A stretch of DNA of 64,000 nt from Gaiellales bacterium (GCA_038911065.1 JBCKBR010000004.1:1142-65141); one strand, 5' to 3'. Positions 18,596-27,772 are shown, counted from the first letter of the stretch. Numbers and translations are program-made. The notes: generated from the letters alone by a model not told the origin.

Positions 18596-19882
18596 CTAGG
18601 TTTGTGGTCTTGACCCCGGTGGCATCCGTGCTTCCTGCGCGATCGCAGCCGCCTCCTCAGGGGGCAATCCCGTTGGATCAGTACCCCGACCGGCAGGGGT
18701 CGCTCGTCGCCGCCGCAATTGGTCGGGAAGAGACACGAGACCGCCCGAGGCAATCAGCGTGACAAGCAACAACAGCAAGCCGATAAATATGTAACGCGCC
18801 TCCGGCGGATCAACATCCACGAAGCGCTTGTCGATGAACGTCAGCAGCATCGTGCCAATCAGAATGCCGCGAGGCGAATTGACGCCACCGATCATGATCA
18901 TTGCGAACAGCAGGAGCACTATGGAAAAGCTGAAGAAGTTTGGTGAGATCGACTTGTAATACGCTGCATAGAACCCACCCGAGGCGCCGAGTACAGCCGA
19001 GGAGATCAAGAAGATCCACAGTCGAGTCCGGACGATGTCGATGCCCAGCACCTCGGCAACAGGCTCGCTCTCACGCGCCGTTCGCAACAGCAAACCGAGC
19101 CGTCCATAGTTGACACGCCAGTAGATAAGCAGCGAGATCAACGCCAATCCGGCGGCCGCCGCGTAGGCGTACTGATATCCCAGCAAGCTGCCCGCGATAT
19201 CCCCCGGAATAAAGCTCGAGACGCCATAGAGTCCCTGGGCTCCGCCCAAATTGCACTTATCTTGGCCGGCGTAGGAGCGAGCGAGTTCGACAAGACCAAT
19301 CGTCAACAACGCGAAGTAGATTCCACGCAACCGAATTGCGGGTAGCGAGATCAAGAACCCAACGATCGCACCAACCACAGTAGCGACGGGAATCGCCACC
19401 CACCATTCGAACACGGGCATTCCAAAGAGTTTGCCTCCGCAGTTCACGCCGGCCGCCGCTGCGGTGCCCAACCCCACCGAGACATAGGCGCCGGCATAGG
19501 CAGCGATTCCGGCCACGGCTACCGTTGCAAAGCTCTGCAGCCCTGCTGTGCCAAGCACGAGTCCCCACATCACATTCCAACTGAGGTAGATGAAGAACGC
19601 CACCATCACACTGAGGAAGAAGGGTGTTCCTGCCAACAGTGGTATCAGGATCGCAATGATGCCCGCCATGCCCCAGAACACCCACGACGAGCGATCGCGT
19701 CGATCGTGCTCCTCTTTTTGCTCGCCTTGACGCCAGGAGATGCTCCACGAAAGCAGCAGCAAAAAGACGGTCATCGAGCCAAGAATTGAGAGCGAGCCGA
19801 ATACAAAGGGTACAGCGAGCGCCAGCACAAACAGCACTGCCAGGCCACCCCAATGCAGCAAATCGTTGCGACTTCTAAGCAC
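18596..19882 (-). CDS. Branched-chain-amino-acid-type ABC permease (LivM-like)
   Basis: Polytopic membrane protein. Sits in the order permease-permease-ATPase-ATPase-SBP typical of HAAT-family systems. Confidence 0.85.
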   Translation of the reverse strand: MLRSRNDLLHWGGLAVLFVLALAVPFVFGSLSILGSMTVFLLLLSWSISWRQGEQKEEHDRRDRSSWVFWGMAGIIAILIPLLAGTPFFLSVMVAFFIYLSWNVMWGLVLGTAGLQSFATVAVAGIAAYAGAYVSVGLGTAAAAGVNCGGKLFGMPVFEWWVAIPVATVVGAIVGFLISLPAIRLRGIYFALLTIGLVELARSYAGQDKCNLGGAQGLYGVSSFIPGDIAGSLLGYQYAYAAAAGLALISLLIYWRVNYGRLGLLLRTARESEPVAEVLGIDIVRTRLWIFLISSAVLGASGGFYAAYYKSISPNFFSFSIVLLLFAMIMIGGVNSPRGILIGTMLLTFIDKRFVDVDPPEARYIFIGLLLLLVTLIASGGLVSLPDQLRRRRATPAGRGTDPTGLPPEEAAAIAQEARMPPGSRPQT

Positions 19883-20750
19883 GGGTTGTCTCCAACACGC
19901 CAGCGACGCCGCGCGGTCGGATGATCAACACCACAGAGATCAAGATGAACAAGGTGACGAGCGTCCACGCTCCCCCGAAGTACTGCAGCGTCAGCGCCTC
20001 AGTGAGGGCGACCATAAACGCTGCAATCACAGCACCCCGCAGCGACCCGAGCCCACCCAAGAGCGCCACGATCAGGCCTTTGATCAGCGGGACGTAGCCC
20101 GAGTTGGGCTCGACGAAGAACGTCTGCCCTAAGAGGACAGCGGCAAGCCCGATAAACGCGCCTGAGACACCGAGGATGGCGAAGGCGGTAGTTCGACGGT
20201 CGATACCCACCAGCGATGCTCCCTCAACGCTCTGCGTCAGCGCACGCACACCCAGCCCAATCCGTGATGATCCGATAAAGATCAGTACGATCGTGACGAC
20301 GATCGCTGTCGCGATAAGCGTGCCAACCACAGACGACTTGACGAGGGTGTCACCCAGACGAAACTGGGGAATCCAACCAAACAGCGGCTCAAACTGCTTA
20401 AATTGCGGGCCGAATTTCCACAGGTAGAGATTTGTGGCAATAAAGCTCAGCGCCAGTGTCGCCGTCAGGGTACGCAGCTCCCAGTTCGGCTTGCCATCAA
20501 GGGGCAAAAACACCGTCAGACAGATCAGTGCGCCGAAGGCAGCGCCGACGATGATGCCGCCGAGCAGGACAACAACCACATTCGATGTGATATTGGTCGA
20601 CACCAGCCAGGCACCGTAGGCCGAGGCTGCGTACATCACCCCGGCAGACAAGTTGAGAAAGCCGAGGCCGGCCCAGGTCAGAGATATGCCGAGCGCAACC
20701 AAAGCGTAGATCGCTGTGAGGTTCACGGTCGTGACAATCACACCGGTCAT
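19875..20750 (-). CDS. Branched-chain-amino-acid-type ABC permease (LivH-like)
   Basis: 291-aa polytopic protein that overlaps the downstream permease. Confidence 0.85.
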   Translation of the reverse strand: MTGVIVTTVNLTAIYALVALGISLTWAGLGFLNLSAGVMYAASAYGAWLVSTNITSNVVVVLLGGIIVGAAFGALICLTVFLPLDGKPNWELRTLTATLALSFIATNLYLWKFGPQFKQFEPLFGWIPQFRLGDTLVKSSVVGTLIATAIVVTIVLIFIGSSRIGLGVRALTQSVEGASLVGIDRRTTAFAILGVSGAFIGLAAVLLGQTFFVEPNSGYVPLIKGLIVALLGGLGSLRGAVIAAFMVALTEALTLQYFGGAWTLVTLFILISVVLIIRPRGVAGVLETTRA

Positions 20751-21427
20751 CAGTGGACTCCATCCTCGCCGGTCACCGGCGTCAGCTCGCCGCCATGCAT
20801 GCGCAGGGCACGATCAATCTTGCCTTCAATCAAGGCGCGATTCTGTTCGGCGATCAGCAGCGCACCACCCTGGAGGTCGAGCGTAAACAGCGTCTCGCAA
20901 ATGCCCTTGGCAACGCCGGGGCCAAGCCCCAGCGAGGGCTCATCGACGAGGTAGAGGCGCGCCTCGCTCATCAGCCCACGACCAATCGAACACATGCGCC
21001 GTTCGCCACCCGAAAGCGTCCCGACAATCTGGTCGAGCCGCTTGCCGATCTGCGGAAAGATCTCGCAGACATAGTCGCGCCGCTGCTGACGTTTTTTCCA
21101 CTGTCCACCTGGATAGGCCCCGGCGTCAAGATTGTCTTTGACGCTCAACCCGGGAAACAATGCGTCGCCCTGCGGCATCAAGACGATCCCGCGCCGCGCC
21201 AAGGCGTGCGTCGGTTGGCGCATAATCGATTCGCCTTCGAAGAGGATGTCGCCTTGCTTCCAATCGACTAGATCGACAATCGCCCGTAGCAGCGTGGTCT
21301 TACCATGCCCGTTGAGTCCGAGAATGCCGACCCGTTCTCCCTGCTCGATCGAAAGGTCAATCCCATGCAACACGCGCAGTGGCCCATAGCCTGCTTCCAA
21401 CGCCTTGATCTCCAGCACCTTGCTCAT
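20750..21427 (-). CDS. ABC ATP-binding protein (LivF-like)
   Basis: Walker A GLNGHGKTT, signature LSGGERRM, Walker B LYLVDEPSLGL. Confidence 0.9.
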   Translation of the reverse strand: MSKVLEIKALEAGYGPLRVLHGIDLSIEQGERVGILGLNGHGKTTLLRAIVDLVDWKQGDILFEGESIMRQPTHALARRGIVLMPQGDALFPGLSVKDNLDAGAYPGGQWKKRQQRRDYVCEIFPQIGKRLDQIVGTLSGGERRMCSIGRGLMSEARLYLVDEPSLGLGPGVAKGICETLFTLDLQGGALLIAEQNRALIEGKIDRALRMHGGELTPVTGEDGVH

Positions 21428-22140
21428 GCTGCAGACCCCGGCGCCTCAAAGTAGGCCTCACGTACCTTTGGATCACTAAAGACATCCGCCGGGCTACCAA
21501 GGGCGATCTGTTGCCCCGCATCGAGCACGAGTACCTGCGCGGCGATCGCTTCGAGGATTTCGAGGCGATGCTCGACCACGCAGACCCCCATACCGGTCTC
21601 GGCAACAAGCCGCACGATCAAATCTTCGATCTCTTGAATCTCATCGGACAAGAGCCCCGAACAGGGCTCGTCCAGCAACAAGACTTTCGGCTCGTGCAAG
21701 AGCACACAACAGAGCAACAGTTTTCGCCGATCAAGCGTATCGAGCGACCCCGCCAATTTGCTATCAGGAGCCGAAAAATTGGTCAGCGTACGCAAATCCG
21801 ACTCAGCGGCCTTGTCGATCCGAGGGGAATACGCAATGCGGGCCACTTCGAGTGTTTCGCCCACCGTCAACGAGCTCGGCACGAGTGGTGCTTGGAAGGT
21901 GCGGGCCAACCCGTGTCGCACACGACGATAGGTGCTGTGCTTTGTGATGTCACTCCCATCCAGCGTGACGGTGCCACTGTCTGGCTTTACACGGCCGGTG
22001 AGTACATCGAACAGCGTCGTTTTGCCAGCACCATTCGGACCGGCAACGCCGAGAATAGTGCCGCCCTCGACGGAGATTGATACCCCGTCGAGGGCGACGA
22101 AGGCCCCATAGGTCTTTCGAATTTCTCGACCAGAAAGCAC
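21424..22140 (-). CDS. ABC ATP-binding protein (LivG-like)
   Basis: Walker A GPNGAGKTT, Walker B LLLDEPCSGL. The start is probably GTG 22140 (GAAGGA upstream). The listed 22215 start would overlap the SBP gene. Confidence 0.85.
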   Translation of the reverse strand: MLSGREIRKTYGAFVALDGVSISVEGGTILGVAGPNGAGKTTLFDVLTGRVKPDSGTVTLDGSDITKHSTYRRVRHGLARTFQAPLVPSSLTVGETLEVARIAYSPRIDKAAESDLRTLTNFSAPDSKLAGSLDTLDRRKLLLCCVLLHEPKVLLLDEPCSGLLSDEIQEIEDLIVRLVAETGMGVCVVEHRLEILEAIAAQVLVLDAGQQIALGSPADVFSDPKVREAYFEAPGSAA

Positions 22141-22156
22141 TAGGACCGTATTCCTT

Positions 22157-23500
22157 CTAGCTCTTCTGCCACGGCGCGAGAGCGAACTCGCCGTTGGTAA
22201 ACGGAGCGGGCGCAATGATCGTGCCGTTCTTGCCGTTCTGGATCTGGAAGAACAGATGCGCCTGCGAGAGGCTCATGTCTGGCTGCTCGGCCGGGAACGA
22301 TAGACCATAGTTCTCCGGCATGAAGTAGCCACCATTGACGCCACGCCAGACGATCTTTCGCAGCATGTCATTGACCTTGGTGAAGTCCTTCGAATCGCCG
22401 AGCATTGCCCACACGGTCGCGAGCATGTATACCTCGTCGTACCCGGAACCCGAGTTGGAGTAACCAGCTTCCTTACTGAATGCCGCCTGATAGCGCTCAG
22501 CAAAGGACTTCCCGATCGCGTCGCCATAGACGCCAGTGACCGTCGCCCAAATAGCGCCGTTCGCCTTATCCCCGGCCAGCTCGAGAAACTCCGGCACCGA
22601 AGCGCCGTACTGGAGGTACAGCAACGAGTCCGTCGGATCGTCGGCGAAACCGATCGTAAAGGTCGCCAGCTCCGACGGAATATAGTGCGTATTCATCACA
22701 ACTGCCGCGTCGGCCGCCTTGACCTTGGCGAGAATCGGTCCCCAATCGGCCATTGCGCCTGCGCCCATCGGCTCAACACCCGCTATCTCCCAACCTGCAG
22801 CTGGTGCGCTCTCCTGCGTCACCTTCGAAATCACCTGCGAGTAGGGGACGTTGCCCTCGACGATGTAGATCTTCTTGTTGCGCGGCTTCCATGCACCGGT
22901 CGCTGCCAAATCATTGAGGAAGGTCGGGAAGCCCAATCCGTACCACGTCTCCGGCGGATCAATCTGGAAGACGCAGTTGTACTTCGGATCAGAGCCGATC
23001 TGATCGACCTGCGCCTGCGACGTCGACGCATTCATGAACGGTGAGCCGTACTGCGCCGCGACGTCCATCGCGGAATCCCACGCAAGCATGTAGCCATTGA
23101 TGACCGCGTCGACCTTCATGTCGGCCAGCTTCTGGTAGTTCTGCTGGATCGCCTCCGGCGATAAGATGTCCGTATCTAGAACTTCGAACTTGATCTTACG
23201 ACCACCCACGCCACCGGCAGCATTGATCTCGTCGACGGCCAGTTGAGCGCCGTTGTTCATCTGCTCGCCATCCGCGGCAAGGCCCGGCGTCGTCAATGGA
23301 TAGAGGCCGCCGATCACATAATCTGCGCCGCCACCACCGCCCCCGCCGCCCTCGGACGCTGCGTCATCTCCACCGCCACCATCATCGCTGGCACCACAGG
23401 CCGCCAGCACGCCACCAACGGCGAGTGCGCCGCCGACGCCAACAGCCGCCTTGAGGAACGTCCCTCGCTTGATATTTGTGGTCTCTTCTTCTTCACTCAT
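22157..23500 (-). CDS. Periplasmic-binding-protein type-1 solute-binding lipoprotein (LivJ/AmiC-like, amino acid/amide type)
   Basis: Lipobox-like signal ...VLAACGASDDGGGGDD followed by a Gly-rich linker. The mature part starts like the LivK/AmiC family (YVIGGLYPLTTPG...GAQLAVDEINAAGGVGGRKI). Confidence 0.85.
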   Translation of the reverse strand: MSEEEETTNIKRGTFLKAAVGVGGALAVGGVLAACGASDDGGGGDDAASEGGGGGGGGADYVIGGLYPLTTPGLAADGEQMNNGAQLAVDEINAAGGVGGRKIKFEVLDTDILSPEAIQQNYQKLADMKVDAVINGYMLAWDSAMDVAAQYGSPFMNASTSQAQVDQIGSDPKYNCVFQIDPPETWYGLGFPTFLNDLAATGAWKPRNKKIYIVEGNVPYSQVISKVTQESAPAAGWEIAGVEPMGAGAMADWGPILAKVKAADAAVVMNTHYIPSELATFTIGFADDPTDSLLYLQYGASVPEFLELAGDKANGAIWATVTGVYGDAIGKSFAERYQAAFSKEAGYSNSGSGYDEVYMLATVWAMLGDSKDFTKVNDMLRKIVWRGVNGGYFMPENYGLSFPAEQPDMSLSQAHLFFQIQNGKNGTIIAPAPFTNGEFALAPWQKS

Positions 23501-23519
23501 AACTCCCCCTCGTAGTTGT

Positions 23520-23537
23520 GGTCCCCCGTTGGGGACC
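23520..23537 (-). terminator. Short GC hairpin 2 nt after the HDAC-like stop and ahead of the SBP RBS
   Basis: GGTCCCC-cgtt-GGGGACC is a 7-bp perfect stem. On the minus strand GAGGGGGAG and the ATG at 23500 follow it. There is no U-tract. Confidence 0.3.
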
Positions 23538-23539
23538 AG

Positions 23540-24643
23540 TTACCCGGCCGGCACGCGCTCGACGAGCGCTGCCGACTGATCAATCAACGCCGCCTGATGC
23601 GGCTGTAGATCTTGCCCGCCAATACCCGCGAAGATGGGCATAAACGGATCTTCCACCGGGGTCCGATGCCCCGTCAACTCCTCCAACACGGCCAACCCGC
23701 AGAACGGGACGTAGGCGGAGGAATAGCCACCCTCATGGGTGAACATGATCTTCGAGCCGGTCGACGCCGCGGCTCCCAAGAAAAACTGTGTCAAGGCGCG
23801 ATAGCCATCCGAGTGCATCTGCTGCCGTGCCAGCGGATCGAGAGCACTCGCGTCGAGCCCCGAAGCCACGATGATCAGATCCGGCTTGAAGCGCTCGAGT
23901 GCCGGCACCACCACTCGCTCAAAGGCACTCACGTACGCACCCACGCCAGAACCCGCAGGAAGCGGCACGTTGAGGTTGGCCCCCGCGCCAGCGCCCTCAC
24001 CGTTCTCTTCCACCATGCCAGAATCCATTGGAAAGTAACGATCCTGGTGCAACGAGATCGTCAAGACGGACGGATCGTCATAGAACGCCCACTGCGTGCC
24101 GTTCCCGTGGTGCACGTCCCAGTCGACGATCGCGACTCGGTCGACGCCCAGCGCCTGGCGCGCGTGAAAACCTCCCAAAGCAGCGTTCGAAAACATGCAA
24201 AAACCGCGTCCGAGATCTTTCTGCGCATGATGGCCCGGTGGCCGTACCAAGGCATAAGCCGTATCGACTGTGCCGTCCAGCGTCTTTTCGATTGCGGTCA
24301 GCGTGCCACCGACTGCCAGCAAGGCAATCTCGAAACCACCACCCGCGAACGGTGTGATTTCGCCGGCATCACCACCCCCACTATCGCTCAGCTCCTTCAT
24401 GCGAGCGACGTATTCCTTGGTGTGGTAGCGCTCAACCTCTTCGACGGTCGCCATGCGCGGCTTGAGGGGCACGAGATGATCTGCCATGCCACTGACGTCG
24501 ATCAGGTTCTTGAAGCGGCGCTTGGTGGCGGGGTTCTCCGCGTGCTCACCCGGCTCCAACCATCCGCCAGCCGGCAGAAAGGCAGCACCAGAACGCGTGT
24601 CCCACCACATGTAGCGTTCATCCCAGACCAGACCGGTTTTCAC
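23540..24643 (-). CDS. Histone-deacetylase-fold amidohydrolase (acetylpolyamine/acetoin-utilisation AcuC-like)
   Basis: PPGHHA, DWDVHHGNGTQ and EGGY motifs. I take the start at GTG 24643, which has a strong GGAGGA SD 8 nt upstream. Confidence 0.85.
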   Translation of the reverse strand: MKTGLVWDERYMWWDTRSGAAFLPAGGWLEPGEHAENPATKRRFKNLIDVSGMADHLVPLKPRMATVEEVERYHTKEYVARMKELSDSGGGDAGEITPFAGGGFEIALLAVGGTLTAIEKTLDGTVDTAYALVRPPGHHAQKDLGRGFCMFSNAALGGFHARQALGVDRVAIVDWDVHHGNGTQWAFYDDPSVLTISLHQDRYFPMDSGMVEENGEGAGAGANLNVPLPAGSGVGAYVSAFERVVVPALERFKPDLIIVASGLDASALDPLARQQMHSDGYRALTQFFLGAAASTGSKIMFTHEGGYSSAYVPFCGLAVLEELTGHRTPVEDPFMPIFAGIGGQDLQPHQAALIDQSAALVERVPAG

Positions 24644-24733
24644 GAATTGTCTCCTCCACCAGCCAACATGCCGGTCCCTTGCGCACAATCTAGATCAATA
24701 CTGGCGACAATGCAATCGGCAGAATGACCGATC

Positions 24734-25753
24734 TCAGACCGACTCAACGTTGCCGGACACGATCGAGCGATTGACAGCTAGGGCAATGCTCAACGCCAGC
24801 AGTGCCTGCTCTCCGGTGGCCCTCGTCGGCGCCACGTTCGACTCGACACAACGAGCGAAGTACTCGGCCTGACGCTGCCACGGGTCGCCTGCGGCCACGG
24901 GCATCACCGTGCGTTCTCCCGCAGTCGTATAGAGCGTCAAGACGTTTGCTGCTTGGTCGACGCCGCCAATATTGCCTCCCTCACTGTTGGGAGTCGCTGA
25001 AAACGGGTACTCCAATACACCCGCTGTTCCCAGCACGCGTATGCCACTCGTAAACGGATAGCTGGTCGGCAGTAGGAGTCCGCCCTCGACGACAGCACGA
25101 CCATGCTGACAGGTGAGCGTGACGGCCACGTGCTGGACGGCATCAAATGGCCCGGCGGTGATGGCCGTGGCATGCACGGTAATCGGGGTACCGACCAGCG
25201 ATGCCACCTGATCGAAGTCGTGCACGAGCAGATCGATGGCGACACCGCCCGAAACGGATGGATCGAGCATCCAATCGTTCCAGTCGGGTGGCGGTGCGAT
25301 CCGGAGAGTACTGACCATCTGTGGAGTGCCGATCGTTCCTGCCTGGACGGCAGACAGCAACTCTTCGTACTCGGGCCAGAAACGCAAGACAAACCCGACC
25401 AACAGCATGCAGCCACTGGCGTCTCTGGCAGCCAGAATCGCTTCTGCGTCGTCGGTCGTGAGGCTGATCGGCTTCTCCAGCAGCACATGCTTCCCCGCCG
25501 CAAACGCGGCTACTGCCCATTCCCGATGGAGTGGTGTCGGGAGGCAGATGTCGACGATCTCGACGTCGTCGCGACTGATCACCGCCGCCAGGTCTGCGGT
25601 TGCCTCGGCCCCGCATGTCTCGGCGACGGCCAAGGCAGCTTCCTCCCGACGCGCGGCGACCACACGTACCTGGGCGCGACCATCCAATGTCGACCACGCT
25701 GCAGCGTGCGTGCGCGCCATAAACCCGGCGCCAAGCAGGCCTACCCCGATCAT
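24734..25753 (-). CDS. Gfo/Idh/MocA-family NAD(P) oxidoreductase
   Basis: N-terminus MIGVGLLGAGFMARTHA and the EKP motif (VLLEKPISL). ATGA overlap with the upstream gene at 25750-25753. Confidence 0.85.
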   Translation of the reverse strand: MIGVGLLGAGFMARTHAAAWSTLDGRAQVRVVAARREEAALAVAETCGAEATADLAAVISRDDVEIVDICLPTPLHREWAVAAFAAGKHVLLEKPISLTTDDAEAILAARDASGCMLLVGFVLRFWPEYEELLSAVQAGTIGTPQMVSTLRIAPPPDWNDWMLDPSVSGGVAIDLLVHDFDQVASLVGTPITVHATAITAGPFDAVQHVAVTLTCQHGRAVVEGGLLLPTSYPFTSGIRVLGTAGVLEYPFSATPNSEGGNIGGVDQAANVLTLYTTAGERTVMPVAAGDPWQRQAEYFARCVESNVAPTRATGEQALLALSIALAVNRSIVSGNVESV

Positions 25754-26553
25754 CCCAGACCAAGCTCTGAGAGATGGCTGCGCGCGCTCGCCATCGCTGC
25801 CGTCACCTCCTCGAGTGGGGGCCACGGTTCGCCTTGAAACTCGATTTCGACGGAGCAGGGACCGCTGTAGCCACCTGCCTCAAGTACCTGCAGAATTCCT
25901 GCAAAATCGACGTGCCCCGCACCCGGCCCAGGAAAGTCCCAGACGCCAGCACCACCGACCTTGTCCTTCAAATGGACATTGCTCAGGTACGGCAACATCA
26001 GGGCGATATCATCGACAGCTGCTGTGTCACCGTAGAATTCGCAGTTCGCCGTGTCGTAGGCAACGCGAATTCGTGGATGCCCGATCCGCTCGAGCAGAGG
26101 CAACGTCTTCGCGCCGGTAGCCATGATCTCGCCGTGGATTTCTAGGGCTACATCGACGCCGGCATCATCAGCGGCTGCCGCGAGCCGCGTAATGCCTTCG
26201 AGAAAGCTCTCCTGATTCTCGTCTTGGCTCGAATGTCCACCAATCGCTGTGTTCATCACGGGGATGCCATAGTCAGCGCACCAGCGCACCGCCTTGATGC
26301 CGAGGTCTACACCTTCGGGAGTCGTCAGATCCGAGTGCGCACTGAGTACCGTCAGGTCGAGTCCGTAGTCGGCAAGGCGTTGTCGCAGTTCGCTTTGGGG
26401 CGCGTCAAGGTCGACGTGTTCTGTCCAACCCAGCACGGCGGACAACTCGACGGCGTCATACCCCGCCTCCACGATGCCCGTCATCGCTTGGTCGAAGTCG
26501 TACGTGTGGTAGCTGTTGCTGTGTCCGGCCAAGCGGTTGTGCATTAGAACCAT
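25750..26553 (-). CDS. Sugar phosphate isomerase/epimerase (xylose-isomerase-like TIM barrel)
   Basis: Typical AP-endonuclease-2/TIM family layout (SNSYHTY..., LEIHGE..., HLKD). The start may instead be 26544 (TAATG overlap with the VOC stop). Confidence 0.8.
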   Translation of the reverse strand: MVLMHNRLAGHSNSYHTYDFDQAMTGIVEAGYDAVELSAVLGWTEHVDLDAPQSELRQRLADYGLDLTVLSAHSDLTTPEGVDLGIKAVRWCADYGIPVMNTAIGGHSSQDENQESFLEGITRLAAAADDAGVDVALEIHGEIMATGAKTLPLLERIGHPRIRVAYDTANCEFYGDTAAVDDIALMLPYLSNVHLKDKVGGAGVWDFPGPGAGHVDFAGILQVLEAGGYSGPCSVEIEFQGEPWPPLEEVTAAMASARSHLSELGLG

Positions 26554-26891
26554 CCCTCTTCGTTGGGGTTCGCGTACTGCATGTATTCGATCAAGGCACC
26601 GTCGATTTCCACGAACGCCACGGTGGCAAAACCATCGCCGACAACAAACGGCCCGAGTAGTACCTCCTGGCCGGCGATCGCTGCCATCAGGTCGGTCGTG
26701 CGATACGCCACGTGCGGGTCGGTTCGCAATGGTCCTGTTACTTCCGAGTCGGGGTGGAAGCGTAAGAACTCGACGTTGTGCGAGTGATTGCGGGGATTCG
26801 TCACCCAGACCTTGGTCTCAGGAACCCATGTCGAATCGGGCTGCTCCTGCTCCGTGATCACACCGATGTGGTCGAATTGCGCGCGTTGCAT
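26544..26891 (-). CDS. VOC/glyoxalase-fold family protein (115 aa)
   Basis: MQRAQFDHIGVITEQ... has the HIG(V/I) start typical of glyoxalase/bleomycin-resistance-fold proteins. The longer listed ORF (to 27065) would translate through a palindromic repeat. Confidence 0.65.
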   Translation of the reverse strand: MQRAQFDHIGVITEQEQPDSTWVPETKVWVTNPRNHSHNVEFLRFHPDSEVTGPLRTDPHVAYRTTDLMAAIAGQEVLLGPFVVGDGFATVAFVEIDGALIEYMQYANPNEEGWF

Positions 26892-27011
26892 GGTGGAGAT
26901 CGCTCCTCTTGTCGCCCGATTATGCGTATCCAACCACGCCGCCAAGCCGCGGTCAACTGACCGATATCTGGCGCAGTGATCGCGTCGGCCCGCCTGCCGA
27001 TGATCCACGAA

Positions 27012-27043
27012 GTGCACAAACGGACCCGGGTCCTTTTGTGCAG
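27012..27043. repeat. Palindromic repeat element, copy A (2 mismatches)
   Basis: GTGCACAAACGGACCCGGGTCCTTTTGTGCAG versus the consensus CTGCACAAAAGGACCCGGGTCCTTTTGTGCAG. Confidence 0.9.
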
Positions 27044-27079
27044 TGGCAGTCGGTGGAGTCAGCAACGGCTCTGCCTAAC

Positions 27080-27130
27080 CGGCCGCAAACTGCACAAAAG
27101 GACCGGGTCCTTTTGTGCAGTTTGCGGCCG
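27080..27130. repeat. Palindromic repeat element, copy B (51-nt palindrome, core 27090-27120); possible terminator of the RraA-like gene
   Basis: CGGCCGCAAACTGCACAAAAGGACC-G-GGTCCTTTTGTGCAGTTTGCGGCCG has 25-nt perfectly complementary arms. It ends 3 nt from the stop codon at 27134. Confidence 0.9.
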
Positions 27131-27133
27131 TCC

Positions 27134-27772
27134 CTAGAGGATGCGATGCTCATCGAACACGCTGCGCAACGAGGCGCCGGCGATCAAGGCCGCACGCACC
27201 GCGCTCTCCCCCCGCGTCTTCTCTACCACCAAACGCGCAACGTCCGCTAGGTGGGCGCGCGGCACTGCCACCACACCATCCGCGTCGGCGACGATTAGAT
27301 CGCCCGACCCAACCCGTACACCAGCGCAGGCGACCTCCCTGCCGTGGCGCACAATCGAAACACGGCCCTGAGCATCGAGTGGACTGACACCTCGACAAAA
27401 GGTCGCGAAGCCCATCTCCCGCAACTGTTGACTGTCGCGCACCGGCCCGTCACTGACAATGCCCACCGCGCCACGAGCAGTCGCCGCGGTGGCCAGCAAC
27501 TCGCCCCAAATCGCCGCACCCGAGCACGCGCTGACTACGACCACGGCGCCAATGGGAATCGCATCGACGGCTGCCACTTCGCCGGCATACGGATCGTCGA
27601 CCGCGCCCGCCACGTCGCTTGCCTCCAGAGTATGAGCAGGTCCGACAGCGCGCATGCTCGGATCTAAAGCCGCAACCGCACCGGCCATTACCTGGCCTGC
27701 AATTCCTAGGCGGTCGAGACAATCCGAAACCAGTGCCGCACTCGCCCATCGCATTGCGTCCTGCTCGTGCAT
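27134..27772 (-). CDS. RraA-family protein (4-hydroxy-4-methyl-2-oxoglutarate aldolase/oxaloacetate decarboxylase-like)
   Basis: WGELLATAATARGAVGIVSDGPVRD matches the RraA/HMG-aldolase motif. I take the start at ATG 27772 (MHEQDAMRW...). The listed extension to 28057 overlaps the divergent creatininase gene. Confidence 0.8.
   Translation of the reverse strand: MHEQDAMRWASAALVSDCLDRLGIAGQVMAGAVAALDPSMRAVGPAHTLEASDVAGAVDDPYAGEVAAVDAIPIGAVVVVSACSGAAIWGELLATAATARGAVGIVSDGPVRDSQQLREMGFATFCRGVSPLDAQGRVSIVRHGREVACAGVRVGSGDLIVADADGVVAVPRAHLADVARLVVEKTRGESAVRAALIAGASLRSVFDEHRIL

Noticed and set aside
23612-24727. 371-aa plus-strand ORF.
   Set aside because: It is antisense to the HDAC-fold gene, which carries all family motifs. 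The plus-strand translation is Arg-rich nonsense.
26892-27065. N-terminal extension of the VOC-protein ORF, and the small ORFs 26953..27153 and 26909..27250.
   Set aside because: They translate through the palindromic repeat copies (the recurring ..QKDPGPFV.. peptide appears in both orientations at all three repeat loci). They are by-products of the repeats, not genes.
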